From Cyanophyceae cyanobacterium (GTDB lineage Bacteria; Cyanobacteriota; Cyanobacteriia; Cyanobacteriales; JAAUUE01): 55,289 nucleotides of DNA. Below, one piece after another: positions 1 through 10,814 of the stretch (within the stretch, counting starts at the first letter, position 1; the number at the start of each line of letters is the position of its first letter). The position numbers and the translations under genes are program-made. The DNA is taken from contig JBBQFK010000003.1 in the NCBI GenBank assembly GCA_038321825.1, positions 1 through 55,289 on the forward strand, given 5' to 3'. The notes under the pieces are model-generated. The model was not told where the DNA came from. It saw nothing but the letters and a program-made list of their open reading frames with translations, and made no database searches.

Positions 1-64
1 TAGGGTCTCGCAATGTCCCAAAGTGGGTCTCTATCAAGGCTGTGGGGCTGACTGGTATTCCCAT
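1..64 (-). CDS. ISAs1-family transposase, N-terminal fragment (truncated by window edge)
   Basis: Manual translation from ATG at 64: MGIPVSPTALIETHFGTLRDP, resembling the 'hF..l.DPR' N-terminus of ISAs1/H-repeat transposases. Confidence 0.7.
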   Translation of the reverse strand, partial: MGIPVSPTALIETHFGTLRDP

Positions 65-141
65 TGATTATTTCTGTGTAGTGATAATATCGATTATCCT
101 ATTCTTTTCTCCTTTGTTAAGAAACGTATGCGGTTGCCCTG
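1..141 (-). mobile_element. ISAs1-family insertion sequence, left end (runs off the window edge)
   Basis: Minus strand from 141 reads CAGGGCAACCGCATACG (ISAs1-family ends typically begin CAGGG). It coincides with the point where TnpB homology stops (PLAIQ|GNRIRF). A transposase start follows at 64. Confidence 0.75.
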
Positions 142-549
142 AATAGCTAAGGGTTCCGTACATTTAGCTAAGTAGACTTGACCGTTTTTGAACTTGAAAG
201 CAGATTTGGTAAATTCAGCGTCACCTCCTTGATGCTTTTTCTTGAAGTTGGGATATTTAGCTCTTCCTTCAAAGAAGTTAGAGAAGGCTCTTTGCAAATG
301 TCTTAGGCTTTGTTGTACTGGTACACAGCTAACTTCGTTCAGAAATTGTAGGTTTTCCTTTTTTTTCCACTCGGTCAGCATGGCAGAAGTTTCTTCGTAC
401 CCGACCCGTTCTTGTTTTTCATCCCAAGCCTCTGTCCTTAGGGCGAGAGCTTTGTTATAAATTAAACGAGCGCATCCCATTGTTTTTCTCAGCAAGGTTT
501 CTTGCTCAGGTGTTGGATAGAATCGGTACTTGAATGCTTTCTGTGTTAT
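142..549 (-). pseudogene. tnpB: IS200/IS605-family TnpB N-terminal part, interrupted by ISAs1
   Basis: The frame extends upstream of the ORF call to (ATA)TQKAFKYRFYPTPEQETLLRKTMGCARLIYNKAL...QQSLRHLQRAFSNFF...YPNFKKK, a typical TnpB N-terminus. The start codon position reads ATA, and no RuvC domain is in the window. Confidence 0.85.
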
Positions 550-677
550 GCCTTACGTTGTAACAACCTCTCTGGGAAAATAATACAATTAATGAAGACT
601 AAAGGGAATAAATTCCCACGAGTCGTTTTCCTCTCAGGTCTAAAGACTCTGAGTTTCCAACTTACCGAGATTTTTCT
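142..677 (-). mobile_element. IS200/IS605 (tnpB-only) element, left portion with subterminal hairpin
   Basis: Bulged hairpin CTCAG-GTC-TAAA-GAC-T-CTGAG at 633-653 upstream of tnpB, typical of IS200/IS605 ends. The boundary near 677 is inferred. Confidence 0.65.
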
Positions 678-1844
678 ATGAAGCGTCGACACTTTTCTAG
701 TTATCTCCTGCTAGGTACTATAGGGGGTATTCTCCCGGCTCGATCAATCGCCCAAACCTTACCCCAATTTCAGCACCATTGGCTAATTCTCTACTGGATG
801 CCCTACGATAATGATCTCTCACGCTTTGGGGAACTGATCGCCGACATGATCACCCGTGGAACCCGTAATTCCGGCTCTGAGGTAGTGGTAGTAATGCAAT
901 CAGACTATCTCCGGGAGCGGCAAATGCGACGGCGGGTGTTTGTCGATGGCACAGTGCAGGAAATTGCGATCGACGGGGAAGCAATTCAAGAAGATAGTAG
1001 TGATATCAGGGCATTAAATGCCTACCTTGATTGGGCAAAAGCAACCTTCACTGCCGATCACTGGGCGGTAATTGTGGTGGGACACGGGGGTAAAATTAAC
1101 GAGATTAGTCCTGATAACCATAGTGATCGTCAGCCCCAGACATGGATGGGTGTTGATCAATTTTCCCAAGCTGTGGCTAACTTTAACCAAACCTTGGGGG
1201 GACGGGTAGAGCTCCTATTCTTCCAAAACTGCCACAAAGCTACTCTAGAAGTAATTTACGAAGCTAAAAACTGTGCTAAATATACTCTTGCTTCTCAACT
1301 CGAACTTGGAGCACCCAACTACTACTATACAGAGCTTTTAAAAAACCTCAAAGATATTAAAAATGGTTCCCAACTAGCCTTAGCCATAATTGGTGGTGAA
1401 CGTGGTGATATGTACCATACCTTTACCTTGATAGATAACCATTTTGTAGACCAGATACCAGAAAAGCTAGCCCCCGTTGTAGCGGAGATGATGGCTAAGC
1501 CTACCTTAGATTTATCAGTCCTATCCTCAATTCCTACCTATAACTATTTCAATGAAAAGCACTGCGATATCCTAATTTTCCTCAAATATCTCGCTAGTAC
1601 CAATCCAGCTATCAATCAAGTTGCCCTAGAAGAGTTTGCGGAGTTTCTCCGTTCTTCAGTAATCAGCCATTATCAAATAGGGGGCTGGCTCTACGGTAGC
1701 AGGCAGCAACGGGCAGCGCGGGAATCCTGCGGCTTAAATTTATACTTTCCTGAATCTAGGAACACCATCGATCGGTACCAAAACCTTGCCCTCTCTTCTC
1801 AAGTTGATTTAATTAGTTTATACAGCAAAATGTTTATTTCCTAA
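678..1844 (+). CDS. Clostripain-family (C11) cysteine peptidase with Tat signal peptide
   Basis: N-terminal KRRHF twin-arginine motif; YWMPYDNDL; catalytic His in VVGHGG and Cys in LFFQNC; YTLASQ. Confidence 0.8.
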   Translation: MKRRHFSSYLLLGTIGGILPARSIAQTLPQFQHHWLILYWMPYDNDLSRFGELIADMITRGTRNSGSEVVVVMQSDYLRERQMRRRVFVDGTVQEIAIDGEAIQEDSSDIRALNAYLDWAKATFTADHWAVIVVGHGGKINEISPDNHSDRQPQTWMGVDQFSQAVANFNQTLGGRVELLFFQNCHKATLEVIYEAKNCAKYTLASQLELGAPNYYYTELLKNLKDIKNGSQLALAIIGGERGDMYHTFTLIDNHFVDQIPEKLAPVVAEMMAKPTLDLSVLSSIPTYNYFNEKHCDILIFLKYLASTNPAINQVALEEFAEFLRSSVISHYQIGGWLYGSRQQRAARESCGLNLYFPESRNTIDRYQNLALSSQVDLISLYSKMFIS

Positions 1845-1870
1845 AATAATCTGCATCTTCGTCTATTTAT

Positions 1871-2506
1871 CTAATAATTTGCTAAACCAGCCTGTAATGT
1901 TTTGAGGACTGTTGACATATCATTATTTAAGAGTGCCTCGACATTTAGCCATAAACCTGCAAATTCTTGACTTTTTATAATTCCTGTCGCATCAGGTTCA
2001 AGATTTTTATATTTGCCGTTTTCGAGAATAAACCAATCAATCTGTTGATCGATCGTCCGCCAGACTAGATATTCTTTGACCCCATTCTGTTCATAGGCTT
2101 TTTTCTTGCTGTGGAGATCGTAGGAAACGGTGCTAGCCGCAATCTCGGCAATGAGTTCGGGTGCGCCCGTAATGTAACCGTCGGCATCAATTTGGGCATT
2201 CCCCCCAAGGCGAAATAAAACTGCATCCGGCTGGGGTTCGTTTGCCTCATCAAGGCGTACTGTTGGTTCAATTCCAACTTTTAGCCCAGCAATCGCTGCT
2301 TGATAAGTAATTAACCAGCCGATAATTTGACTGTGAGGTTCACCATGTTGGGTAAAGCGGAGGGGAGAGGCCACGTGTACAATTCCTTCGATTAGTTCGG
2401 CTTTTTTGATATTTGATGCGGTGTAACGACGCTCAAATTCATCTCGATCGAGGCGATCGCCATTTTCAAGGATAGTCAATGTAGAGAGAGAGTTGACAAT
2501 AACCAT
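1871..2506 (-). CDS. Uma2-family (DUF820) putative restriction endonuclease
   Basis: KAELIEG, EPQPD, PELIAEIAAS, K..YEQNGVKEY motifs of cyanobacterial Uma2. Confidence 0.9.
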   Translation of the reverse strand: MVIVNSLSTLTILENGDRLDRDEFERRYTASNIKKAELIEGIVHVASPLRFTQHGEPHSQIIGWLITYQAAIAGLKVGIEPTVRLDEANEPQPDAVLFRLGGNAQIDADGYITGAPELIAEIAASTVSYDLHSKKKAYEQNGVKEYLVWRTIDQQIDWFILENGKYKNLEPDATGIIKSQEFAGLWLNVEALLNNDMSTVLKTLQAGLANY

Positions 2507-2647
2507 AGGAGATCAAAGGGATGATTGATTACTTAATTTTCTTGTAATTATGAACACAAAAACTAGATTGCTATAGCTACAATAGAAATTAGTTATGGGT
2601 TTTCATCTTTGAACTAAATTATTACTAAATATTACCAGATTTTAGCT

Positions 2648-3316
2648 ATGGCACGGGGCGACCAGATTTATGTAGAGCGGCACTTTCTTAGCCTCCAAGG
2701 AGTGTATGAACACTACGGGATTGATTGTGGTGACGGCACAGTTATTCATTACCGGAAAGGCAACGAGATTATTGAACGCACCTCGATGGCGATATTTAGT
2801 GGCGGGCAGAAAATTTATCTGCGGAACTATCCCTCTTCTTTTATTCCTGATGTGGTGATTCGTCGAGCTACTAGCCGTCTAGGAGAGCAAAAATATAACC
2901 TCTTATTTAATAATTGTGAACACTTTGCGACTTGGTGTAAAACTGGGGTGAGCGAGAGTAGGCAAGTGTGGGATATTTTGCCAGTCCTCAGCACCATGGA
3001 TACCGCAGAATTGGCAGAACCAATCCGGGAAGCTCTGGAAGGAAATAGTCAGAAAAATTCTCAGTTATTGCTAGATCAGGCGATCGCCCAAATTCGGGTA
3101 ACTTGGAATAATCTCCAACCAGACTACAAACAGAACCTCAAAGAGGCTGAAGAATGGCAACAGGTAGCTCTAAAGGCTCTGAAAAAAAACCGAGAAGACC
3201 TAGCAAGGGCAGCACTGAAAAAGAAGCTCAACTATCAAAAACAAGCCAATGCTCAAAAAGACCAATTAGAGCAACTCGCCACCATGACCCAAACTCTCCT
3301 GAAAAATCATGCTTAA
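2648..3316 (+). CDS. LRAT/NC-domain (NlpC/P60 superfamily) protein with C-terminal PspA-like coiled coil
   Basis: EHYGID, VIHY and YNLLFNNCEHFATWCKTG motifs; C-terminal EWQQVALKALKKNREDLARAAL resembles PspA/IM30. Confidence 0.85.
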   Translation: MARGDQIYVERHFLSLQGVYEHYGIDCGDGTVIHYRKGNEIIERTSMAIFSGGQKIYLRNYPSSFIPDVVIRRATSRLGEQKYNLLFNNCEHFATWCKTGVSESRQVWDILPVLSTMDTAELAEPIREALEGNSQKNSQLLLDQAIAQIRVTWNNLQPDYKQNLKEAEEWQQVALKALKKNREDLARAALKKKLNYQKQANAQKDQLEQLATMTQTLLKNHA

Positions 3317-3336
3317 ATTTATCTGGGGTTTCACTA

Positions 3337-4584
3337 TTAATTATTTGTTAAATCTTCAATTAGCTCTTCGGCTGTAGGGGCTGACTCTGATTCCGGGGAA
3401 ATTTCTTCAGGATTTAGAACCGGAACTTTTAGATCAGGAATTTCTGGAGTTACAGTTTCTGAGGGAGTAATAGTTTTTTCTGGTTCGGGAATATCAGTCG
3501 ATCGAGGAGCCGGAACTTTAGGAATTGGGGTTGTTAAGGGCGAGGGTGTGGGAATCAATGTAGGAGTTGGAATTGGTGTAGGAGTTGGGGTTGGTACAGG
3601 AGTTGAAATTGGCGATGAAGTTAGTGCAGGAGTTGGTGGTGCTTTGTAGGTGGGGTTAATAAGGCCTTTAGCCGCAGCAACGGAGAGTTCCCCCCGAACT
3701 AAGCGAGATAGGGTATCCTTACCACCGGGTTTGTAGGTGAAAACCTTCGCAGTATTGTTGTAAATATTTTCCACAACATTTCCCTGTTCATCAATAAATT
3801 TCAGTTGTACCCAGTTTTTCCCCCGTTGCCAACCCTTGAGATAAATCGGCTGCCATTGATCTAAAACAAAAGTTTCCCCATTAATCGTGGCTTGGATTCG
3901 CCAGTCAGGGATTTCATCCTCACTATCTTCTGCCGCAATTAAATGAAGGGGTGCATTAGTCAAGTGAAAATCAAGGAGAATTGGTTCGGCTCCATACTCC
4001 CCAGCCGGACTAATGTAGGTTAGGAGCGGTAATTTGGGATCAAGTTGGTTATTAATAGTCTTGGTGAAAACATGGAAAGTTACTTGGGTGTAGGCTCCTT
4101 CATTTTTGAAGCTTTCATGCCAAGGGTAGGCAGCAAAAACCCTGAGCGTGTGACTTCCGGCGGCGAGGTCAGAAAATACTAAGGGTTGTTGGAGGTCGTA
4201 TATATCTTGGGGGTCTTGATTATCCAGAATGACTGTGAGGTGGGAGCCTAGCTGGAGCTCCTTGTCTTGAAATATTGGTAAATCTGTAACTTGGAGTTGG
4301 ATACTAACCTGATTGTCTGTGAGGATTTGCTCTGGTTTAGGGCTGAGGATCCGGACTTGGGGCTGTTTGAGTTCGAGGATTTGGTGGAGTTGTTGAAGGG
4401 TGTTGGGAGGGGCGACTTCCTTGAGTTGTTTGAGTCGGGCTGTGGGGCGAAGAGCATCACTAGAAATGGTAGAGGAAGTTTCAATGCGATCGCTACATCC
4501 CCATAAATTAATCACTAAGACCAAAAATAACAAGCTCAAGGTCAAACGCCGGAGATTTTTCCACCATTTTTTTTCAAATAACAC
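3337..4584 (-). CDS. Conserved hypothetical exported/lipoprotein with Pro-Thr-rich tail
   Basis: 415 aa ORF with a hydrophobic N-terminus and LWGC lipobox-like motif, beta-rich core (GSHTLRVFA..PWHESFK), and (PT)n C-terminus. Confidence 0.7.
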   Translation of the reverse strand: MLFEKKWWKNLRRLTLSLLFLVLVINLWGCSDRIETSSTISSDALRPTARLKQLKEVAPPNTLQQLHQILELKQPQVRILSPKPEQILTDNQVSIQLQVTDLPIFQDKELQLGSHLTVILDNQDPQDIYDLQQPLVFSDLAAGSHTLRVFAAYPWHESFKNEGAYTQVTFHVFTKTINNQLDPKLPLLTYISPAGEYGAEPILLDFHLTNAPLHLIAAEDSEDEIPDWRIQATINGETFVLDQWQPIYLKGWQRGKNWVQLKFIDEQGNVVENIYNNTAKVFTYKPGGKDTLSRLVRGELSVAAAKGLINPTYKAPPTPALTSSPISTPVPTPTPTPIPTPTLIPTPSPLTTPIPKVPAPRSTDIPEPEKTITPSETVTPEIPDLKVPVLNPEEISPESESAPTAEELIEDLTNN

Positions 4585-4976
4585 CTTATATTCTCCTCAT
4601 TACCACTATTAGTGAATCAATTACGCTATAAATTACATTAATAAATTTCGGTGACTAGCTCAGGTTTGAGACTGCCCTAGCATAACTTGAGAACTGCCCC
4701 CAAGATTTTTTCCCAAATTCCCGACATTAATTATGACACTACTGTATTGACTATCTATATTGCCTATTATCGATCCTAACACGGCAGTTCCCGTAACTAG
4801 ATCAAGCAAAAAGATGGGTTAACTATAAATTTTTGTAATCATTATCATCACTATTACCTAATTGGTGTTAATGATTGCCACTTATAAATTATGAGGTTAT
4901 TGAAGCTAATCATGAAGTTGTTTTTTACTGAACCCTTGGGGAAAACTAAAGCTGATTGTAAAAAGTGTTGCTTATT

Positions 4977-4994
4977 GTTAACTTTCGTTACATT
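4977..4994 (+). promoter_or_regulatory. Putative HLR1 (RpaB-binding) site upstream of psaA
   Basis: GTTAACTT-TC-GTTACATT approximates the (G/T)TTACA(T/A)(T/A)-N2 direct repeat. RpaB control of psaAB is known in Synechocystis. The first half-site is imperfect. Confidence 0.4.
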
Positions 4995-5167
4995 GCCTCA
5001 AATGGCTGTAACTGATGCTGGTTATGGAATTGCCGACAATCTAGGAGAATGACTCCTCAGAGAAATTTGAACTATTATTAACCAGAATTGAAGAAATTAC
5101 CTAATAGGATTATCATCAATCAAAGTTAGAACTATTCCCTACCCTTGTTCATCAGAGGAGACTCCTC

Positions 5168-7462
5168 ATGACAATTAGTCCTCCAGAGCGTGAGGCAAAA
5201 GTAAAAGTAGTAGTCGACAAGGATCCGGTTCCTACTTCCTTTGAGAAGTGGGCAAAACCCGGTCATTTCGATCGCACTCTTGCTAAAGGACCAAAGACCA
5301 CTACCTGGATTTGGAACCTTCACGCCGACGCGCACGATTTCGATAGCCATACCTCCGATTTAGAAGATATTTCTCGAAAAATCTTTAGTGCTCATTTTGG
5401 ACACTTAGCCGTAGTCTTCGTCTGGCTGAGTGGAGCTTATTTCCATGGTGCCAAGTTCTCCAACTTTGAGGCTTGGTTAACCGACCCTACCCACATCAAA
5501 CCCAGTGCCCAAGTGGTCTGGCCTATTGTGGGACAAGAAATCCTCAATGCTGATGTTGGTGGCGGTTTCCATGGCATTCAAATTACTTCTGGTCTGTTCC
5601 AATTATGGCGGGCTAACGGTTTTACCAACTCCTTCCAACTCTACTGCACCGCTATTGGTGCGCTAGTAATGGCAGCCCTCATGCTGTTTGCGGGTTGGTT
5701 CCACTACCACAAGCGCGCTCCCAAATTGGAGTGGTTCCAGAATGTAGAATCGATGATGAATCACCATCTAGCAGTGTTGTTAGGCTGTGGTTGCTTGGGC
5801 TTTGCTGGGCAACAGATTCACGTGGCTCTGCCGATTAATGCTTGTATGGATGCGATCGATGCTGGGCAGCCCCTCACCGTTGGTGGCAGACTCATTGCCT
5901 CGGTAGCAGACATTCCCCTGCCCCACGAATGGATTCTCAACCCTAGCTTAATGGCGGATATCTATCCTAGTTTTGCCCAAGGGCTGGTTCCTTTCTTCAC
6001 TGGCAACTGGGGTGTCTACAGTGACTTCCTCACCTTTAAGGGCGGCTTGAACCCCGTAACTGGCGGTTTATGGCTTTCAGATACTGCTCACCATCACTTG
6101 GCTCTAGCAGTGCTCTTCATTGTGGCTGGTCATATGTACCGCACCAACTGGGGCATCGGTCACAGCATGAAGCAAATCCTCGAAGCCCATAAGGGTCCTT
6201 TCACTGGGGAAGGTCATAAAGGTCTCTACGAGATTTTGACTACCTCTTGGCACGCTCAATTGGCAATAAACCTAGCTATGTTGGGTTCCGTGACCATCAT
6301 TGTGGCGCACCACATGTATGCCATGCCTCCCTACCCTTATATTGCGACTGACTACGCCACTCAACTGTGCCTATTCACTCACCATATGTGGATTGGAGCC
6401 TTCTTGATTGTTGGTGCTGGAGCTCACGGTGCGATCTTCATGGTTCGGGATTATGACCCTGCCAAGAATGTTAACAACCTGCTCGATCGAGTTATCCGCC
6501 AACGGGATGCTCTGATCTCTCACCTCAACTGGGTTTGTATCTTCCTCGGCTTCCACAGCTTTGGCTTGTATGTCCACAACGACACCATGCGGGCTTTTGG
6601 TCGTCCCCAAGATATGTTCAGTGATACTGGCATCCAACTCCAGCCTGTATTTGCCCAATGGGTACAAAATATCCATGCTCTGGCTCCCGGTAATACGGCT
6701 CCTAATGCCACTGAAATTGTCAGCCATGCCTTTGGCGGCGGTTTAGTAGCTGTAGGTGGCAAGGTTGCCATGATGCCCATTGCTTTGGGTACAGCAGACT
6801 TTATGGTGCACCACATTCACGCTTTCACCATCCACGTCACCGTGTTGATCCTCCTGAAAGGTGTCTTGTATGCCCGTAGCTCTCGCTTAGTTCCTGATAA
6901 GGCGAGCCTCGGCTTCCGCTTCCCCTGCGACGGTCCCGGTCGGGGTGGCACTTGCCAAGTTTCTGGTTGGGATCACGTTTTCCTCGGTTTGTTCTGGATG
7001 TACAACAGTATTTCGATCGTGATTTTCCACTTCAGTTGGAAGATGCAATCAGATGTCTGGGGTACGGTAGCTCCCGATGGTACCGTGTCTCACCTGACTG
7101 GTGGCAACTTTGCCCAAAGTGCGATTACCATCAACGGTTGGCTCCGGGACTTCATGTGGGCACAATCTTCTCAGGTAATTAGTTCCTACGGCTCTGCTCT
7201 GTCTGCCTATGGTTTGATGTTCTTGGCAGCACACTTTGTCTGGGCTTTTAGCTTAATGTTCTTGTTTAGTGGTCGCGGCTACTGGCAGGAATTGATTGAG
7301 TCGATCGTCTGGGCACACAACAAGCTGAAAGTAGCTCCTGCCATTCAACCCCGTGCTTTGAGCATCACTCAAGGTCGGGCGGTGGGGGTAGCTCACTATC
7401 TCTTGGGAGGGATCGCCACTACTTGGGCGTTCTTCCATGCCCACATCATCTCAGTAGGGTAA
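5168..7462 (+). CDS. psaA: Photosystem I P700 apoprotein A1
   Basis: MTISPPERE start, FX motif [29 protein letters not shown]; RBS GAGGAG upstream. Confidence 0.99.
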   Translation: MTISPPEREAKVKVVVDKDPVPTSFEKWAKPGHFDRTLAKGPKTTTWIWNLHADAHDFDSHTSDLEDISRKIFSAHFGHLAVVFVWLSGAYFHGAKFSNFEAWLTDPTHIKPSAQVVWPIVGQEILNADVGGGFHGIQITSGLFQLWRANGFTNSFQLYCTAIGALVMAALMLFAGWFHYHKRAPKLEWFQNVESMMNHHLAVLLGCGCLGFAGQQIHVALPINACMDAIDAGQPLTVGGRLIASVADIPLPHEWILNPSLMADIYPSFAQGLVPFFTGNWGVYSDFLTFKGGLNPVTGGLWLSDTAHHHLALAVLFIVAGHMYRTNWGIGHSMKQILEAHKGPFTGEGHKGLYEILTTSWHAQLAINLAMLGSVTIIVAHHMYAMPPYPYIATDYATQLCLFTHHMWIGAFLIVGAGAHGAIFMVRDYDPAKNVNNLLDRVIRQRDALISHLNWVCIFLGFHSFGLYVHNDTMRAFGRPQDMFSDTGIQLQPVFAQWVQNIHALAPGNTAPNATEIVSHAFGGGLVAVGGKVAMMPIALGTADFMVHHIHAFTIHVTVLILLKGVLYARSSRLVPDKASLGFRFPCDGPGRGGTCQVSGWDHVFLGLFWMYNSISIVIFHFSWKMQSDVWGTVAPDGTVSHLTGGNFAQSAITINGWLRDFMWAQSSQVISSYGSALSAYGLMFLAAHFVWAFSLMFLFSGRGYWQELIESIVWAHNKLKVAPAIQPRALSITQGRAVGVAHYLLGGIATTWAFFHAHIISVG

Positions 7463-7607
7463 CAAATCCAGCTAGGGGGTGATTGTGCTCCCTAGTCGGC
7501 TAACTTCCCAGCATCTAGGTAAAAAATGTAGGTCAAAAATAGTTGGGTTCCTTAGCCCTTGCTCTTGAACTGCAACTAAATAACTGTAAAAGGATTTCCG
7601 AAAACAG

Positions 7608-9836
7608 ATGGCAACCAAATTTCCTAAATTTAGCCAAGACCTAGCCCAAGACCCGACCACTCGTCGGATTTGGTACGGCATTGCCACAGCCCACGACTTT
7701 GAAACCCATGATGGCATGACGGAGGAAAATCTCTACCAAAAGATTTTTGCTTCCCACTTTGGTCATATCGCTATCATCTTCTTGTGGACATCCGGCAACC
7801 TGTTCCATGTGGCTTGGCAAGGCAACTTTGAACAATGGATTAAAGACCCTTTAAATGTCCGTCCGATCGCCCACGCTATCTGGGACCCCCAGTTTGGCAA
7901 GCCTGCGGTAGATGCGTTTACCCAAGCTGGAGCTAACTACCCAGTAGATATTTGTTATTCCGGTGTTTATCACTGGTGGTACACCATCGGCATGCGGACA
8001 AATGGCGAACTCTATAATGGGGCAATTTTCTTGCTAGTTCTAGCAGCAGTGATGCTCTTTGCTGGCTGGTTACACCTCCAACCTAAGTTCCGTCCGAGCC
8101 TCTCTTGGTTCAAGAGTGCTGAACACCGCCTCAACCACCATCTTTCTGGTTTGTTTGGAGTTAGTTCCCTCGCTTGGGCTGGTCACTTAGTTCACGTCGC
8201 TATTCCCGAATCCCGTGGTCAACACGTGGGCTGGGATAACTTCCTGAATACCCTGCCTCACCCTGCGGGTTTAGTACCCTTTTTCACTGGTAACTGGGGT
8301 GTATACGCTGAAAACCCAGATACTGCTGGTCAGATATTTGGTACTGCTGAAGGTTCTGGTACTGCGATTCTCACCTTCTTGGGTGGTTTCCATCCCCAAA
8401 CTGAGTCTCTGTGGTTGACAGATATGGCGCATCATCATTTGGCGATCGCCGTCCTGTTTATCATTGCTGGTCACATGTACCGGACAAACTTTGGGATTGG
8501 TCACAGTATCAAAGATATGCTCAACTCCAAGGCTGGCTTGATTGGTGGCAAGAGTGAAGGTCAATTCAACCTGCCTCACCAAGGGCTGTACGATACCATG
8601 AACAACTCCCTCCACTTCCAATTGGCTTTTGCCTTGGCAGCTCTAGGAGTCATTACTTCTTTGGTAGCGCAGCATATGTACTCCCTGCCTCCCTACGCAT
8701 TTATTGCCAGGGATTACACTACCCAAGCGGCCCTTTATACGCACCACCAGTACATTGCTGGATTCATTATGGTGGGAGCCTTTGCCCACGGAGCGATCTT
8801 CCTTGTCCGGGATTACGATCCAGCTCAAAACAAAGGTAATGTTCTAGACCGAGTGTTGCAACACAAAGAAGCAATTATTTCCCATCTCAGTTGGGTATCT
8901 TTGTTCCTTGGTTTCCATACCTTGGGTCTGTATGTTCATAATGATGTGGTTGTTGCCTTCGGGACTCCTGAAAAGCAAATCCTCATCGAGCCTGTGTTTG
9001 CTCAGTTTATTCAAGCTTCCCACGGTAAATTGCTCTACGGCATGGATGTTTTACTCTCCAGTCCCGATAGCATTGCCACCACCGCTTGGCCCAACTACGG
9101 TAATGTTTGGTTGGAAGGCTGGTTAGAAGCCATTAACAATGGTAAAAACTCTCTGTTCTTGACCATCGGACCTGGTGATTTCTTGGTACACCATGCGATC
9201 GCCCTCGGTCTGCACACTACTACTTTGATTTTGGTCAAAGGAGCCTTGGATGCCCGTGGTTCTAAGTTGATGCCCGATAAGAAAGACTTCGGCTATGCCT
9301 TCCCCTGTGATGGTCCTGGTCGGGGTGGTACTTGCGACATCTCTGCTTGGGATTCCTTCTATCTCGCCATGTTCTGGATGCTCAACACTTTAGGTTGGGT
9401 AACCTTCTACTGGCACTGGAAGCACCTCGGCGTATGGCAAGGCAACGTGGCTCAGTTTAATGAGTCTTCTACCTACTTGATGGGTTGGTTCAAGGATTAT
9501 CTCTGGCTCAACTCCTCACAGCTAATCAATGGCTACAATCCCTACGGTACAAATAACCTGTCGGTCTGGGCTTGGATGTTCCTCTTCGGACACCTTGTAT
9601 GGGCAACTGGTTTCATGTTCCTGATTAGCTGGCGTGGTTACTGGCAAGAGTTGATTGAAACCATTGTCTGGGCGCACGAACGGACTCCTCTAGCGAACCT
9701 GATTCGTTGGAAAGATAAGCCCGTGGCTCTGTCGATCATCCAAGCTCGTGTGGTTGGTTTAGCTCACTTCACCGTTGGCTATGTCTTGACTTACGCTGCC
9801 TTCCTGATTGCTTCTACGTCTAGTCGCTTTGGCTAA
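7608..9836 (+). CDS. psaB: Photosystem I P700 apoprotein A2
   Basis: [40 protein letters not shown]; lies directly downstream of psaA. Confidence 0.99.
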   Translation: MATKFPKFSQDLAQDPTTRRIWYGIATAHDFETHDGMTEENLYQKIFASHFGHIAIIFLWTSGNLFHVAWQGNFEQWIKDPLNVRPIAHAIWDPQFGKPAVDAFTQAGANYPVDICYSGVYHWWYTIGMRTNGELYNGAIFLLVLAAVMLFAGWLHLQPKFRPSLSWFKSAEHRLNHHLSGLFGVSSLAWAGHLVHVAIPESRGQHVGWDNFLNTLPHPAGLVPFFTGNWGVYAENPDTAGQIFGTAEGSGTAILTFLGGFHPQTESLWLTDMAHHHLAIAVLFIIAGHMYRTNFGIGHSIKDMLNSKAGLIGGKSEGQFNLPHQGLYDTMNNSLHFQLAFALAALGVITSLVAQHMYSLPPYAFIARDYTTQAALYTHHQYIAGFIMVGAFAHGAIFLVRDYDPAQNKGNVLDRVLQHKEAIISHLSWVSLFLGFHTLGLYVHNDVVVAFGTPEKQILIEPVFAQFIQASHGKLLYGMDVLLSSPDSIATTAWPNYGNVWLEGWLEAINNGKNSLFLTIGPGDFLVHHAIALGLHTTTLILVKGALDARGSKLMPDKKDFGYAFPCDGPGRGGTCDISAWDSFYLAMFWMLNTLGWVTFYWHWKHLGVWQGNVAQFNESSTYLMGWFKDYLWLNSSQLINGYNPYGTNNLSVWAWMFLFGHLVWATGFMFLISWRGYWQELIETIVWAHERTPLANLIRWKDKPVALSIIQARVVGLAHFTVGYVLTYAAFLIASTSSRFG

Positions 9837-9872
9837 CTAGTCTGTAGTTAATACATAGAAGTCAAAATATTT

Positions 9873-9904
9873 TCCCCTGCCAACTGGTGGGGGATTATTC
9901 TTTT
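9873..9904 (+). terminator. Probable intrinsic terminator of psaAB
   Basis: GC-rich hairpin TCCCCTGCC-AACT-GGTGGGGGA followed by TTATTCTTTT, about 37 nt after the psaB stop. Confidence 0.6.
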
Positions 9905-9935
9905 AGTTGATACATTGACGATCGCTAAAATTATT

Positions 9936-10472
9936 ATGTATAAATTTGCTTCAGCTTCCCCCCAAGAATCGATCGTGTTTGGCTCAACTCGCCCCGGTTT
10001 TAAGCAAGTACAGGCATGGATTGAGTTTATGCAGAGTCAAGAAATTAAGCGTATTTGCTGTTTGCTGGCGACATCTCAACTAGTTAAATATGCTAACTTA
10101 CTGGAGACCTATCAACAAACCTTTGGTACTGCCCAAATTTGCTGGGCCCCGATCGAGGACTTTCACTTAGTCAGTCTAGAAGTTCTGCTATCCCAAGTTC
10201 TGCCTTTCTTAATAGCTGCTGATCAGAATCAGGAAAAAGTTGTGGTGCATTGCTCTGGGGGGATTGGTCGCACTGGGCAGATATTAGCGGCTTGGTTGGT
10301 GGCGGGTCGATATTTCTCTCCCCAAGCGGCGATTGTTGCTGTGAAGCAAACGGGCAGAAATCCCTATGAGGCAGTGATTGCAGCTCCTTTCAACGGTAAT
10401 CATCCTAGGGAAGTTTTGGCAGAGCTTAATAAGCTATTAGATGAATGTAAGGGTTTCAGAAACAGGGGCTAG
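9936..10472 (+). CDS. Dual-specificity/tyrosine protein phosphatase
   Basis: CX5R active site HCSGGIGRTG and general-acid PIEDF. ATG at 9936 preferred over TTG at 9915. Confidence 0.85.
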   Translation: MYKFASASPQESIVFGSTRPGFKQVQAWIEFMQSQEIKRICCLLATSQLVKYANLLETYQQTFGTAQICWAPIEDFHLVSLEVLLSQVLPFLIAADQNQEKVVVHCSGGIGRTGQILAAWLVAGRYFSPQAAIVAVKQTGRNPYEAVIAAPFNGNHPREVLAELNKLLDECKGFRNRG

Positions 10473-10507
10473 TCTTCAAGAATTATTGGCAGCGATCGAT
10501 GCGTTTA

Positions 10508-10783
10508 TTAGGGAAAATTAGTGGTTCGATCAATAAATAATGGTGGAAGGTTTTCTAGTTGGGCTTGGAGAGTTTGCCAGCCCGGTTGCCAGCGACTTTT
10601 ATCTTGGAGATTTTTGGCATTAATCCAGAAACGCACTGCTGGATCACAGGCGGCTACCAGTTCGGCAAAAACTAGCTTGCCCTCGTGCTGCCGATTTTTT
10701 ACCTGAAAATGCCGCCACCCAAAAGTCTGATCTTGGGCTGTCCATTTGGAACCAACTAAGTAGGGAAATTTTTGTTTTTTCAC
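10508..10783 (-). CDS. TIGR02450-family Trp-rich conserved protein
   Basis: GSKWTA..FGWRHFQV...FWINAKNL....W.PGW pattern. Confidence 0.8.
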   Translation of the reverse strand: MKKQKFPYLVGSKWTAQDQTFGWRHFQVKNRQHEGKLVFAELVAACDPAVRFWINAKNLQDKSRWQPGWQTLQAQLENLPPLFIDRTTNFP

Positions 10784-10814
10784 CGGGTTATCATTTATTT
10801 AAGGACTGGGATTT

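Noticed and set aside
7468-7500. Hairpin between psaA and psaB as an ncRNA or terminator
   Set aside because: Short stem without a U-tract; more likely an ordinary intercistronic stability element.
6371-9126. Antisense and alternative-frame ORFs inside psaA/psaB, and similar shadows in ycf48, gabD, der and others
   Set aside because: They are fully nested in well-supported genes and have no recognisable motifs.
5168-9836. Far-red (FaRLiP) photosystem I cluster
   Set aside because: Standard [18 protein letters not shown]-type proteins, with no adjacent psaL2/I2, apc, chlF or rfp genes.
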